Made by a program: the position numbers and the translations under genes
The notes under the pieces: generated by a model
What the model saw: only the letters and a program-made list of their open reading frames with translations
The model's database searches: none
Told to the model about the DNA's origin: nothing
Virus record (IMG/VR): IMGVR_UViG_3300048502_000104
Location: 805-64,804 of that record
DNA length: 64,000 bases
Reading direction: 5' to 3' (one strand)
Origin: a virus
Lineage: Duplodnaviria > Caudoviricetes
Shown here: positions 1 to 8,805 of the stretch, piece after piece
Layout: each line of letters begins with the position of its first letter
Position numbering within the stretch: position 1 is the stretch's first letter

Positions 1-329
1 ACCCGGTCGTTGTATTCGCGCTCGGACATCGCCTCCTCGACCAGCTCCCGCAGCCGCAGGTGGATCGCCTCGTGGCACGCCGCCGACTCGAGCTCGCCGT
101 CGCTGGCCGGGTCCGGATCGAAGCTGGCACCCAGCTTGAAGACCGCGATCCGGCCCAGGACGTCGGCCGAAGCCAGGGAGGCCATCGCGTCGGTGCATCG
201 GTCCGGCGACAGCCAGGTGCGCCAGTCCGCCAGGTTCAGGCGGTGCAGCCAGGTGTCCAGGTAGTCCTTGAACTTGGCCGCGTGCTCTTCGGTGATGGGG
301 TTCTTGACCGGCTTGTCGGCCTTGGCCAT
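1..329 (-). CDS. Hypothetical protein with HExxH motif (possible zincin), truncated by window edge
   Basis: Hand translation from ATG at 329 (TGATG overlap with upstream stop): MAKADKPVKNPITEEHAAKFKDYLDTWLHRL...ESAACHEAIHLRLREL; open to position 1. Confidence 0.6.
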   Translation of the reverse strand, partial: MAKADKPVKNPITEEHAAKFKDYLDTWLHRLNLADWRTWLSPDRCTDAMASLASADVLGRIAVFKLGASFDPDPASDGELESAACHEAIHLRLRELVEEAMSEREYNDR

Positions 330-658
330 CAGTCGTCCTTGTCAGCTTTCAGATCCAGCTTCGCCAGGATCTGGTGCAACATCCCCTCCACGCGCTGCAG
401 GCCGTCGCGCAGGTCGTCGCGGCGGGCGTAGCGCTCCGGCAGCTCGCGCTCCATCCGCGACACGCCCTCACGCAGGGTGTCGTGATCGCGCGACAGCGTT
501 GCGACCGCCGCCCCCAGCTCCTGCCGCAGCGCGTTGTCCGCCTGCTGCAGGCCGCGCACCAGGAACCCCATGACCGACATGGCGATCGTGCCCACACCTT
601 CGACCGCGACACGGACGACCTCCCAGTTCGACACCTCACCGATCTGGCCGACGTCCAT
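329..658 (-). CDS. Lysis-associated protein (hydrophobic N-terminal segment plus coiled coil)
   Basis: ATG at 658 overlaps the endolysin stop; MDVGQIGEVSNWEVVRVAVEGVGTIAMSVMGFLV followed by a heptad-rich C-terminus. Confidence 0.55.
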   Translation of the reverse strand: MDVGQIGEVSNWEVVRVAVEGVGTIAMSVMGFLVRGLQQADNALRQELGAAVATLSRDHDTLREGVSRMERELPERYARRDDLRDGLQRVEGMLHQILAKLDLKADKDD

Positions 659-1065
659 CACTGCCACTCCCCGGTGCGCAGCTGGCGGGCGAGGCGATCG
701 GCACGCGGTCCGACCTGCTTGGCCCACAGCGAGTCGAGTGCGGCCGAGGCCGCGCCCGCCCAGTCCTTGGAACTGAGGCAGTGGAGCATGGCGGGGAAGT
801 GCAGGAGGTCGGCCCACCCCATGTTGAAGGCCATGTTCTCCAGCGCGCCCTGGCGCACCGGATCCAGATCCGTGTACCAGCTGAAGCGCGACAGGGCGGT
901 GCGCACCTCGGCGATGTCGTTGGCCAGCAGGAAGTCGATCTCGGCGTCGTTCAGACCCTTGTCACGCAGGTTCCGCCCTACCGCAATCGTGGGGATGCCC
1001 AGCGAGTCCGTGTACACGGTCCGCCGCACGCCCTCGTCGCGCTTTAGCTGTGTGACAATATCCAT
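658..1065 (-). CDS. Endolysin, T4-lysozyme-like (GH24)
   Basis: MDIVTQLKRDEGVRRTVYTDSLGIPTIAVG (E-x8-D-x5-T triad), ALENMAFNMG, SLWAKQVGPRA; GGAG RBS upstream. Confidence 0.9.
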   Translation of the reverse strand: MDIVTQLKRDEGVRRTVYTDSLGIPTIAVGRNLRDKGLNDAEIDFLLANDIAEVRTALSRFSWYTDLDPVRQGALENMAFNMGWADLLHFPAMLHCLSSKDWAGAASAALDSLWAKQVGPRADRLARQLRTGEWQ

Positions 1066-1080
1066 GCGGCACTCCTGGTT

Positions 1081-1094
1081 AGCAAGCACTTACT
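1081..1094. promoter_or_regulatory. Copy of 14-bp pseudo-palindrome AGTNAGYRCTNACT (candidate operator)
   Basis: AGCAAGCACTTACT, one mismatch to consensus, in the short gap upstream of the endolysin. Confidence 0.45.
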
Positions 1095-2687
1095 TTACCT
1101 GCGTCCGCGACGCCTGTAAAACATCAGCCAATCGATCAGATTCCCGGCCGGCCCGGTCCCGCCGCTAGCCACCACGGTGCCCGGCGCGGAGCCGAATCCC
1201 TGGACCGGGGTGAGCGGTACGGCCAGCGCGGCGGCAGCACTTCCTACGGTCGCGGTGGCGGCCACACCGGTCAGCGCGAGCGTGAAGCCGATACTCGGCG
1301 AGACGATGCCCACCGAGCCGGTTGCGGCCACCCCAGTTAGCGCGACCGTTGTGTTCGGCACAACCGAACCCGCGGCACCGGTTGCGGCCACCCCGGCCAG
1401 CGCGGGCGCGGTGTTCGGCGACACCGACCCCACCGAACCAGTTGCCTGCGCGGCGGTGAGCGGCATGTCGACCGCGACACTCACTGCGCCGAGTGAGCCC
1501 GTCGCCGAGACGGCGGTCAACGCCTCGGCGTCGCCTTCGCCCACCGAGCCCACCGAGCCGGTGGCTGACACGCCTGTCAGCGCGATCGTGAAGCCGCTCG
1601 ACGCTGAGACGGTACCTACGGCCCCCGTGCCGGCGACCTCGGTCAGCGGTACGGAATTCGCCGGCGCGACGGTACCTACGGCCCCCGTGGCTTGCGCGGC
1701 GGTGAGCGCAGGCGCAGTTGCAGGTGCGACGGTACCTACGGCCCCAGTGCCCGCGGCTTCCGTGAGGGCCAGTGGTAGTGTCGCGGTGACGGTGCCGGCC
1801 GCGCCGGTGCCGGCCACCTCAGTCAGTGGCACGCTATTTGCCGGTGAGACGGTACCGACCGACCCAGTGCCCAGATCCTGGGTGAGCGGCATGTCGATCG
1901 CCACGCCCAGCGTGCCGACCGATCCCGTGCCGGTCACGCCGGTAAGCACGGCGGTGACGTTCGGCGACGGCTGGCCCTGTTGCGCGACCACGATCAGGGG
2001 GTTCGGCCCCAACCCCGGCAGCACCTTGGGGCGGTGCGCCGGCGCGGGCACCGACTTCGATACCGCCTTGAACGCCATCATGACGGCGCTGAAGCCGGAA
2101 ATCGACCCGCCGGTCCAGCTCGTGCTCGGCGTCTCGGTCGCCGTCCCGGTAACGTCCTTGACCGCCATGATGAATGGCGGGTCCGACGTGCCGGTCGAGA
2201 AGCTGCCGCAGGTCGTGTAGCCGGTCGCAACCGTCCAGGTGATCGTCGCGCCGACGAAAGCACCCAGGCCGTAGACGACGATGTCGCCGGACTGCGTCGG
2301 CGTGATCGACAGGCCGGCGTATGGCGACGCCTGGCTCACACCGTTGTTCGTCTGGACCGTGCCGTCGACCGCGGTGGCCGGCCCGAACTCCGACAGGCAG
2401 CAGCTACTGCTGGTCGTCCCGCTCGGCATCGTCGCCGTGACGGTGTGCGTCCCGGCGCTGGCGGCGATCTTGTACCACAGGCTCACGCCGACGGAATTGC
2501 CGCCGGCGAACCCACCTAGCGTCCACGTATCGCCCGACGAGTCGGTCGGCGTGGACGGTTGGGTGATCGCGGTGTCGGTGACCGTCAGGAGGACGAGGGT
2601 ATCCCCGGCCGCGACGCCACTGAGCGTCCTGACGTTACTCGTTGTCCCGGAAGCCTGACCCGAGCTGGACTGGATCGGGTCAGCCAT
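1095..2687 (-). CDS. Putative virion/tail-fibre-like protein with ~20-aa repeats
   Basis: 530 aa, G/A/T/V/S rich; repeated LTxVxATGxVGxV units with 60-nt periodicity (GGTACCTACGGCCCC at 1611, 1671, 1731). Confidence 0.6.
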   Translation of the reverse strand: MADPIQSSSGQASGTTSNVRTLSGVAAGDTLVLLTVTDTAITQPSTPTDSSGDTWTLGGFAGGNSVGVSLWYKIAASAGTHTVTATMPSGTTSSSCCLSEFGPATAVDGTVQTNNGVSQASPYAGLSITPTQSGDIVVYGLGAFVGATITWTVATGYTTCGSFSTGTSDPPFIMAVKDVTGTATETPSTSWTGGSISGFSAVMMAFKAVSKSVPAPAHRPKVLPGLGPNPLIVVAQQGQPSPNVTAVLTGVTGTGSVGTLGVAIDMPLTQDLGTGSVGTVSPANSVPLTEVAGTGAAGTVTATLPLALTEAAGTGAVGTVAPATAPALTAAQATGAVGTVAPANSVPLTEVAGTGAVGTVSASSGFTIALTGVSATGSVGSVGEGDAEALTAVSATGSLGAVSVAVDMPLTAAQATGSVGSVSPNTAPALAGVAATGAAGSVVPNTTVALTGVAATGSVGIVSPSIGFTLALTGVAATATVGSAAAALAVPLTPVQGFGSAPGTVVASGGTGPAGNLIDWLMFYRRRGRR

Positions 2688-2696
2688 CGGCCGGCT

Positions 2697-3263
2697 TTAC
2701 GGCACGGCTACGAGTGCCGACTCCAGAATGAATTGATGCACGGTGAACGAGCCTGTGGCGACGGTCTGCGTGAAGAAGCAATCGAATGCACCACCGCCGG
2801 TCCAGTCCTGCGCGGTACCGAGCGCCGGCGTGCCGACCGGTGCCAGCAGGCAGCCGTTGCCGCCCGCGGTGTTGGCCGCGGAGCCGACGACTGCTTCCGA
2901 CTGGAACAGGCCCTGGCCGAACCACTGCGCCGCGGTCGGGCCGCTGGAGGTTTGCCGCAGCGACAGGATCGCTTCGAACCACCACGGCACCGTGGTCTTG
3001 GCCACGATGTTCAGGTTCAAGGCGCCCGTGTCGAAGAACACGTTCCCACCGATCCGGAAGTCCAGGCGCGCGGTGCCGGGCGTGGTCACGACGCACGAGA
3101 TGCGCCCCGAGGATTTGATCCGCAGGCACATGCCCGGCACGGCCACGTTCGGTGCGAACGTGTACTTGGCCGACGTCGGCAGGCACGACGCGGCCGCGGC
3201 CGAGGTGAGCGTCGGCCCGTCGGTGGTGGCAATCGCGAGAGGAGCCCAGTATCCGGCCGCCAT
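2697..3263 (-). CDS. Hypothetical virion protein
   Basis: 188-aa ORF, beta-rich composition, in late operon. Confidence 0.6.
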   Translation of the reverse strand: MAAGYWAPLAIATTDGPTLTSAAAASCLPTSAKYTFAPNVAVPGMCLRIKSSGRISCVVTTPGTARLDFRIGGNVFFDTGALNLNIVAKTTVPWWFEAILSLRQTSSGPTAAQWFGQGLFQSEAVVGSAANTAGGNGCLLAPVGTPALGTAQDWTGGGAFDCFFTQTVATGSFTVHQFILESALVAVP

Positions 3264-3272
3264 GTCGGCTCC

Positions 3273-3731
3273 TTAGCTGATCTGAATCAGCGCGGTGCCG
3301 GCCGCGTTCGTCGGCATCGTCAACGTGAAGTTGCCGGCGGTGACCGTCTGCGAACCGAACGTGTGGACGCTGACGGCGTTCTTGCCGCTGGCGGTGTTGT
3401 TGTAGATCGTCACGCAGTCGAACGCGGTCGACAGCGTGACCGTGGTCCAGGCGAACGACGCGCTCGGTGTGGTGAAGGCCGACGTGCCGCTGGTACTCGG
3501 TGCGACCCATGAGCTGATCGCCACGCCGCCGGCGGTGTAGTTCGTGCCGCTCACCTCATTGGTCGCGCTGTACGCGGTCGTGGCCGCGCCCTGCGAGCCC
3601 GACGCCAGGTACAGCGCGGCCTTGAACGAGTCGGCGGTGGTGCCCGCGCGCACGACGCTGGTTCCGAATGCGTGCAGCCCGTTCAGCAGATCCTGCTTGA
3701 ACGAGGTGCACATCGCCTGGGAATTTGCCAA
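3273..3731 (-). CDS. Conserved phage structural protein
   Basis: 152 aa, MANSQAMCTSFKQDLLNGLH...FKAALY...NEVSGTNYTAGG pattern that I recall from uncultured phage virion proteins. Confidence 0.65.
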   Translation of the reverse strand: MANSQAMCTSFKQDLLNGLHAFGTSVVRAGTTADSFKAALYLASGSQGAATTAYSATNEVSGTNYTAGGVAISSWVAPSTSGTSAFTTPSASFAWTTVTLSTAFDCVTIYNNTASGKNAVSVHTFGSQTVTAGNFTLTMPTNAAGTALIQIS

Positions 3732-3732
3732 T

Positions 3733-3945
3733 TCAGCCTCCGATACTCGCCGCCTGACCGTAGCCGGTCACGGGTTGCTTGCTGTAAACGTGGGCCGACT
3801 CGCGCACCACCTCGCCGGTCGCATCCAGGTACCGCTCGACGAATTTGATGTATTCGTCGGTCAGCTCCCAGCGCGTCTGGTAGGACAGTGAGTCGATCGG
3901 CAGGTTGCCCTTGCTCGTGTAGATCAGTGGGACGGCGTCGGCCAT
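3733..3945 (-). CDS. Hypothetical protein
   Basis: 70-aa ORF, tightly packed with neighbours. Confidence 0.6.
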   Translation of the reverse strand: MADAVPLIYTSKGNLPIDSLSYQTRWELTDEYIKFVERYLDATGEVVRESAHVYSKQPVTGYGQAASIGG

Positions 3946-3946
3946 G

Positions 3947-4264
3947 TCAGAAGCCTCCCCCGCGGTGTGCGGCCCGAGCCAGCAGCGCGCGTTGCTCTTG
4001 CGCGTACTCGTTCAGCTCGTGCGGCGACAGGATCTTGCGGGCCTGCGCCGTCTCGATCGCGTTGTGCTGCGCCTTGATCGTCAGCAGGAGGAGCGCGATG
4101 GCTTTGCGCGAGTTGTCCGGGTCGTGCATCCACAGATGATTCAGGTACGCGTCGGGGGCGACGATCTCGATGTCCCCATCCCCGTTGAACCGATAGACCT
4201 CACGGCCCTCGATCCCGAATGTCACCCAACCGTCGGGTACTTCGACTTGCGGCACGTCAGCCAC
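3947..4264 (-). CDS. Hypothetical protein
   Basis: 105 aa, GGAGG RBS upstream. Confidence 0.6.
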   Translation of the reverse strand: MADVPQVEVPDGWVTFGIEGREVYRFNGDGDIEIVAPDAYLNHLWMHDPDNSRKAIALLLLTIKAQHNAIETAQARKILSPHELNEYAQEQRALLARAAHRGGGF

Positions 4265-4273
4265 GAGGCCCTC

Positions 4274-4840
4274 CTATGAAGTAAGCGCTGACTCCGATTG
4301 TAGCCCCGCAGCCGCCGCGCCGGCAACCTGCGAGACCGCAGCCTTGACGGCGGCCAGCTGCGCCTGGCGCGCGGCCAGCTGCGCCTTGGCAGCCTTGATG
4401 TCGTCCTGGTGCTTGGCCAGTTGGGCCTCGGCGTCCACCACCTGGGCGTTGGTCGAGTCCAGGACCTTCTGGCGCGAGAGCAGCTTCGCATTCAGGTCCG
4501 CGCGCGCCTGGTTGGTGAGATCTAGCGCCTGGCGCTTGCCTTCCGCCACGGCGGCCTCGGCCGCGGTCTTGGCTTCCGCCAGGTGGGCGGCGGCGGTGAT
4601 GTGCGCCGCGTTCAGGTGGGCCGCGGCCTGGGCCTCGACCGCCTGGGCCTTGGCGGTGGCGTCGGTGAGTGCGGCCTGCGCGGCCTTCACCTTGGCCTGC
4701 AGGTCGACGTGCTTGGCGGTCCAGTCCTTGACCGCCGCCTCCAGGGATCCGGCCTGGCCGATTGCCAGGGCCGCCTGGCGCAGCCCTTCGAGGCGGGCCA
4801 GCTCCTGCTGGAGGAGGTTCGCAACGCTATTCAGGTCCAT
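4274..4840 (-). CDS. Ala-rich coiled-coil protein
   Basis: Start reassigned to MDLNSVANLLQQEL (GAGGAG RBS); long heptad pattern. Confidence 0.65.
   Translation of the reverse strand: MDLNSVANLLQQELARLEGLRQAALAIGQAGSLEAAVKDWTAKHVDLQAKVKAAQAALTDATAKAQAVEAQAAAHLNAAHITAAAHLAEAKTAAEAAVAEGKRQALDLTNQARADLNAKLLSRQKVLDSTNAQVVDAEAQLAKHQDDIKAAKAQLAARQAQLAAVKAAVSQVAGAAAAGLQSESALTS
4280..4293. promoter_or_regulatory. Copy of 14-bp pseudo-palindrome (candidate operator)
   Basis: AGTAAGCGCTGACT at the 3' end of the coiled-coil gene. Confidence 0.4.
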
Positions 4841-4851
4841 GTGTCGGCTCC

Positions 4852-5247
4852 TCAGTTGATCTGTTGCTGCAGCCGGCGCATGACCAGGATCACGTTCAGC
4901 GAGGTGGTGCCGTCGCCGGCGGTGCAGGACGGGCGCACCTGGAGCGGGGCCTCGGTCATCTGCTTGAGCGCGGCCGCGGTGTAGCTCATCGCCACCCCGT
5001 TCTGGTCGGTCAGCGTGATCGGGTTCGCCGGCGCGGGCGGAAAGCCCGTCTCGTTCGAACCCTGGATCACGATCGTCCCACCCGCGCCGAACGTGCCGTA
5101 GATATGCACGGTGCGGTCGGCCCACTCGGGCAGCTGCACCCACGCACCGACGTCGCCGTTCGCCAGGGGCGCCCACTGCACGATGACGACCGCGCCATCG
5201 GCCGAGCCGTAGCTGCTACGGTTGATGCTAGCTGCCTGAGTTGCCAT
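4852..5247 (-). CDS. Hypothetical virion protein
   Basis: 131 aa directly downstream of portal, GGAGG RBS. Confidence 0.6.
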   Translation of the reverse strand: MATQAASINRSSYGSADGAVVIVQWAPLANGDVGAWVQLPEWADRTVHIYGTFGAGGTIVIQGSNETGFPPAPANPITLTDQNGVAMSYTAAALKQMTEAPLQVRPSCTAGDGTTSLNVILVMRRLQQQIN

Positions 5248-7576
5248 TCGAACCTCCGTCGTACGGGCCGGGCTCGGACGGCGCGGCCGATTGGTCTTGC
5301 GGTTGCAGCAGTGCCTGCGCCTTCAGGTGGTGTTCGGCGGCAGCCAGTTCCTTCTGCGTGTTGGTCTGGATCACGATCTTCGCGAGCGACGACTGGATTT
5401 GCTGCAAGCTGATGTTCTGCTTGTTGGCCATCTGCAGCATCGCGACTTCCTTCTGCGCCTGCAGCTCCTCGAGGCGGGCCGCGCGATCGGTATCGGCCTT
5501 CTGCAGCATCGTCTGCGCCTCGAGCTGCGCGATCTTTTCTTGCGAAGCGGTGCGCGCCTGCTCGCCCTGCGTCTTGATCTGTGCGGCCATGACGCGCGGG
5601 TCTTGGTGCTGCTGCGCGGCCTGCTGCTGCGCCTGCATGCGCTGCGCGATCACGGTCGGGGTCGCCATGATCTCAGTTGGGTCGATGTGCTGCGCCTTGA
5701 GTGCGGCCTCGAACAGCTTCTGCAGGTCGAGGAACACCGCGTACGTCGGGTTCGAGCCCTGCTGCAGCAGGTTCATAAACGCCTGGTTCTGGATGTCCCG
5801 GACCAGGAGTGCGCTCGTGCCGCGCGCGTCGACGGCGAAGTCGCCCTTCACGTCGTCGTGCTCGGAGTAGAGCATGTTGTAGTCGTAGTACCGGGTGATG
5901 TGCGGGCGCGTGATCATGTCGTCCCACTGCTTCACCAGGCGCCGCAGCACCACGTTGCTGCTGTTCATCAGCAGCTGCATCCCACCGACCGTCTCGGGCG
6001 CGGTGCCCTTCTCGCCCTGGGCGAGCATCGGGACCGCGGTCTCCTCGTCGACCAGTTTCATCGAGAACTCGATGACCTTGATCAGCTCGTCGGCGTGGCT
6101 GTTGAACTCGATCGAGTTGAAAGCCATCCGCACGTCGGGCACATCGCTATTGGCCCACCAGACCTTGCGCGACGTCAGCGTCCACTCGCCGTCGGCCGGC
6201 TCCACACTCCCGCGCTTCAACACGATTTGCGGGCCGGCGGTGATGCCCAGGTTGTCCATCAGCTGCCGCCAGCAGCTATTGATCACCTTCTGCTGGGCGC
6301 GCATCAGGTACGGCACGCCGTAGCCCCACACGGAGCCGGTGACCTTCTCCCACACGTAGAAGTCGTACGGCAGGTCACCCGTGTCGATCGGGTTCAGGTG
6401 CACCTTCACGACGGTGTTGTTGACGAAGATCACGCACGCGCGCACGCGTGACAACGGGTCGTCGAAGTCGATGTCACCGAGGAGCTCGGGTGGGATGCCG
6501 CCTGCCAGTGCCTGCTCGGCGGTGATATCGCCCCAGTATTCCCACTTCTCGAACGTCTTATGTAGCTGCGACGTGTCGATCTCTTTGTCCGGCCCGGGCA
6601 CCGGCTGCACGAGGGTCGCCGTCGTCTTCGGCCCCTCCATCAAGACCTTGCGCAGCTGGTCCTTCATAAACCCAGGCTGCAGCGCGAGGTCGCGGATCTG
6701 GCGACCCGTGCACACCTCGCGCTCGAAAATCCCTTCGCCCTTCTGGTGGTCGTCGCCGCAACCCGGATCGGTCCAGACGTTGCGCGGATCGACCTCGTAG
6801 GATGCAGGCAGCGCTTCCTCCTGCATCGCGATCTGGTAGAACGGCTTGCCGGTGGCGTCCGTGCTCTTCGCCCAGCTGCGGCGGTACTTGTTCGTGACTA
6901 CCGGCCCCTTCAGGACACCGGTGCCCAGCATCGCGGCGTAGTGCAAAACCTTGCGTTGCACGCCGTTGTAGTCGGTCTGGTTCAGCTGGCGGTCGATCAG
7001 CTCCTGCATCGCCTTGCAGGCATCCGACACCGCTTCCATGATCAGCAGCGCGGCTTTACTCTTCGCGAGCGTGTTGCCCGCGGCGTCGACGATCGGCTGG
7101 TCCTGGTGGTCCGTCGCCGGCCCCTGTTCCTTCGCCATACGCGCGAGCGACGAGTCCGGCGCCGGCTGGATGCCCCAGTTGCGATCGTCGGTTGGCAGCA
7201 GGATGTCGGCCAGGCGCGCTTCGCCTGCGTTCGTCTTCTGCCGCGTCAACCCGATGAAGATGGTCGAGCGCGTGGCGCGCGCGTGTTCCTTGACCACCGG
7301 GAAGCCCTGTTCGGCGGCCTCCATCATCGACGACGTTTGGCGGTTCGCCTCGTCGCGCTGATGGTACTGGTCGGTGTCCTGCTCCCAGCGCTTATCGACC
7401 CCCTGCGCGGCGCGCTCGCGGATCCACTCGTCGCGCTTTTTCGCGAGAACGTTCCCTAGGCCCCACAGCACCTCGTCAGACGGATCCTTCGCCTGAGACT
7501 GGTCGTCGGTGCCGCTCCCGTCCCCGGTTCCGGGAAATGGCGGCGGCTCGTCAGGGAAATCGGTTGCGCCGGTCAT
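5228..7576 (-). CDS. Portal protein (P22-like podoviral type)
   Basis: 782 aa downstream of terminase; GTGVLKGP, VDPRNVWTDPG, WEYWG, PYDFYVWEK...VWGYGVPYLMR motifs; Gln-rich C-terminal coiled coil. Confidence 0.85.
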   Translation of the reverse strand: MTGATDFPDEPPPFPGTGDGSGTDDQSQAKDPSDEVLWGLGNVLAKKRDEWIRERAAQGVDKRWEQDTDQYHQRDEANRQTSSMMEAAEQGFPVVKEHARATRSTIFIGLTRQKTNAGEARLADILLPTDDRNWGIQPAPDSSLARMAKEQGPATDHQDQPIVDAAGNTLAKSKAALLIMEAVSDACKAMQELIDRQLNQTDYNGVQRKVLHYAAMLGTGVLKGPVVTNKYRRSWAKSTDATGKPFYQIAMQEEALPASYEVDPRNVWTDPGCGDDHQKGEGIFEREVCTGRQIRDLALQPGFMKDQLRKVLMEGPKTTATLVQPVPGPDKEIDTSQLHKTFEKWEYWGDITAEQALAGGIPPELLGDIDFDDPLSRVRACVIFVNNTVVKVHLNPIDTGDLPYDFYVWEKVTGSVWGYGVPYLMRAQQKVINSCWRQLMDNLGITAGPQIVLKRGSVEPADGEWTLTSRKVWWANSDVPDVRMAFNSIEFNSHADELIKVIEFSMKLVDEETAVPMLAQGEKGTAPETVGGMQLLMNSSNVVLRRLVKQWDDMITRPHITRYYDYNMLYSEHDDVKGDFAVDARGTSALLVRDIQNQAFMNLLQQGSNPTYAVFLDLQKLFEAALKAQHIDPTEIMATPTVIAQRMQAQQQAAQQHQDPRVMAAQIKTQGEQARTASQEKIAQLEAQTMLQKADTDRAARLEELQAQKEVAMLQMANKQNISLQQIQSSLAKIVIQTNTQKELAAAEHHLKAQALLQPQDQSAAPSEPGPYDGGSNGNSGS

Positions 7577-7577
7577 G

Positions 7578-8792
7578 CTACAGATTCACTTGTAGCGTCG
7601 CACCCGCTGCGCCGACAACGCCCGCGGTCGTACCGCTGGCTGCGGTCGGAGCCGTGCCGCCGCCGTTAAACAAGCTCTGCGTGAACGACGGCGCACCAAG
7701 ATTCAGAATCTGGGCGTTCCCGTAGTAACCGCCGCCGCCAGCGGCGCCACCCTTGCCGGTCCCAACGCCGTTGCCGCCGTTGCCGCCGTTGCCGCCGTTG
7801 ACTTGCAGCGCATTTAGGATTGTCAAGCCCAGCAGGTACTCGCACAAGATGAAGATGAAACCGCCGCCGCCGCCGCTACCGCCGCCGCCGCCGCCCGCAT
7901 TCCCGCCCGCGCCGTTGCCGCCGTTGCCGCCGTTGCCGCCGTTGCACTGGAAGATGGCCGCGGTCGCGTTGACCCCGCGCTGGATATAGCGCGCGGCAAT
8001 CCATATCCACCCAGGGGCGCCGCCGCCGCCACCACCGCCGCCGCCTGCATTAGTGCCGTCACCCCCGCCCTGTCCGCCGCCGCCGCCAAACGAGCCGCCG
8101 ACAAACTGATAAACCCCGTTGCTGTTTCCGCCGACAAAAGAAAGGCCGTTCATGTTGCTCGTTCCGAGGGTATTCAGCGATAGCGGAACGTTGTTCCAAA
8201 CCCATGGAAGCGTTGCGCTCGGTGCGCCGCCCGCCGCACCGGCGGACGTGCCCGCGCCACCTGGGCCGCCCGCGAAGGAGCAGCCGCCATTGCCAGCATT
8301 CTGCGGGTTTGTAGAGCCTGGATTTGTCCCGGTCGTAGTGTTTCCCGTACCGCCTGACGGACCCACGTACCCCGCCACCGAGGGTAGCGAAGCTGGCGAG
8401 TTGGAGTAGGCTTGGCCGCCGCCAATCCCGGCAGTTGCGCCGCTGGCGTTAGTGGCGTTGCCGGCATTCGACACGATCGCGCCGGCCGACGCCGCGCTGA
8501 TATCCAGCGTGCCGGAAACGAACACGCGATAGCCACTCGGGTTTAGTTTCCCCGAGCCGCTGATCGTCAAGTTCGTGTAGTGCATGTCGCGCGTCAGCGT
8601 CGTCGTGCCGCTACTGATGGTTGCAGCGCCATCGCTGCCGGTGCCAAAGAGAGGCGACAGCGCAATCGGATCGAAGTTCGGATCGCTACTACCGCCCGCG
8701 AGGCCGAACATCTGCCGAATCAACTCCTGGTCCTGGTAGCCCAGGCTCATCGCGTTGATCAGCTGCTGCAGCGTATATGGTGTCTGCGCCAT
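7578..8792 (-). CDS. Glycine-rich protein (tail-fibre/adhesin-like)
   Basis: 404 aa with GGGGG and GGNGGNGG runs; FGTGSDGAATIS...LTRDMHYTNLTI pattern. Confidence 0.6.
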   Translation of the reverse strand: MAQTPYTLQQLINAMSLGYQDQELIRQMFGLAGGSSDPNFDPIALSPLFGTGSDGAATISSGTTTLTRDMHYTNLTISGSGKLNPSGYRVFVSGTLDISAASAGAIVSNAGNATNASGATAGIGGGQAYSNSPASLPSVAGYVGPSGGTGNTTTGTNPGSTNPQNAGNGGCSFAGGPGGAGTSAGAAGGAPSATLPWVWNNVPLSLNTLGTSNMNGLSFVGGNSNGVYQFVGGSFGGGGGQGGGDGTNAGGGGGGGGGAPGWIWIAARYIQRGVNATAAIFQCNGGNGGNGGNGAGGNAGGGGGGSGGGGGFIFILCEYLLGLTILNALQVNGGNGGNGGNGVGTGKGGAAGGGGYYGNAQILNLGAPSFTQSLFNGGGTAPTAASGTTAGVVGAAGATLQVNL

Positions 8793-8805
8793 CTTTCAGT
8801 TCCTA

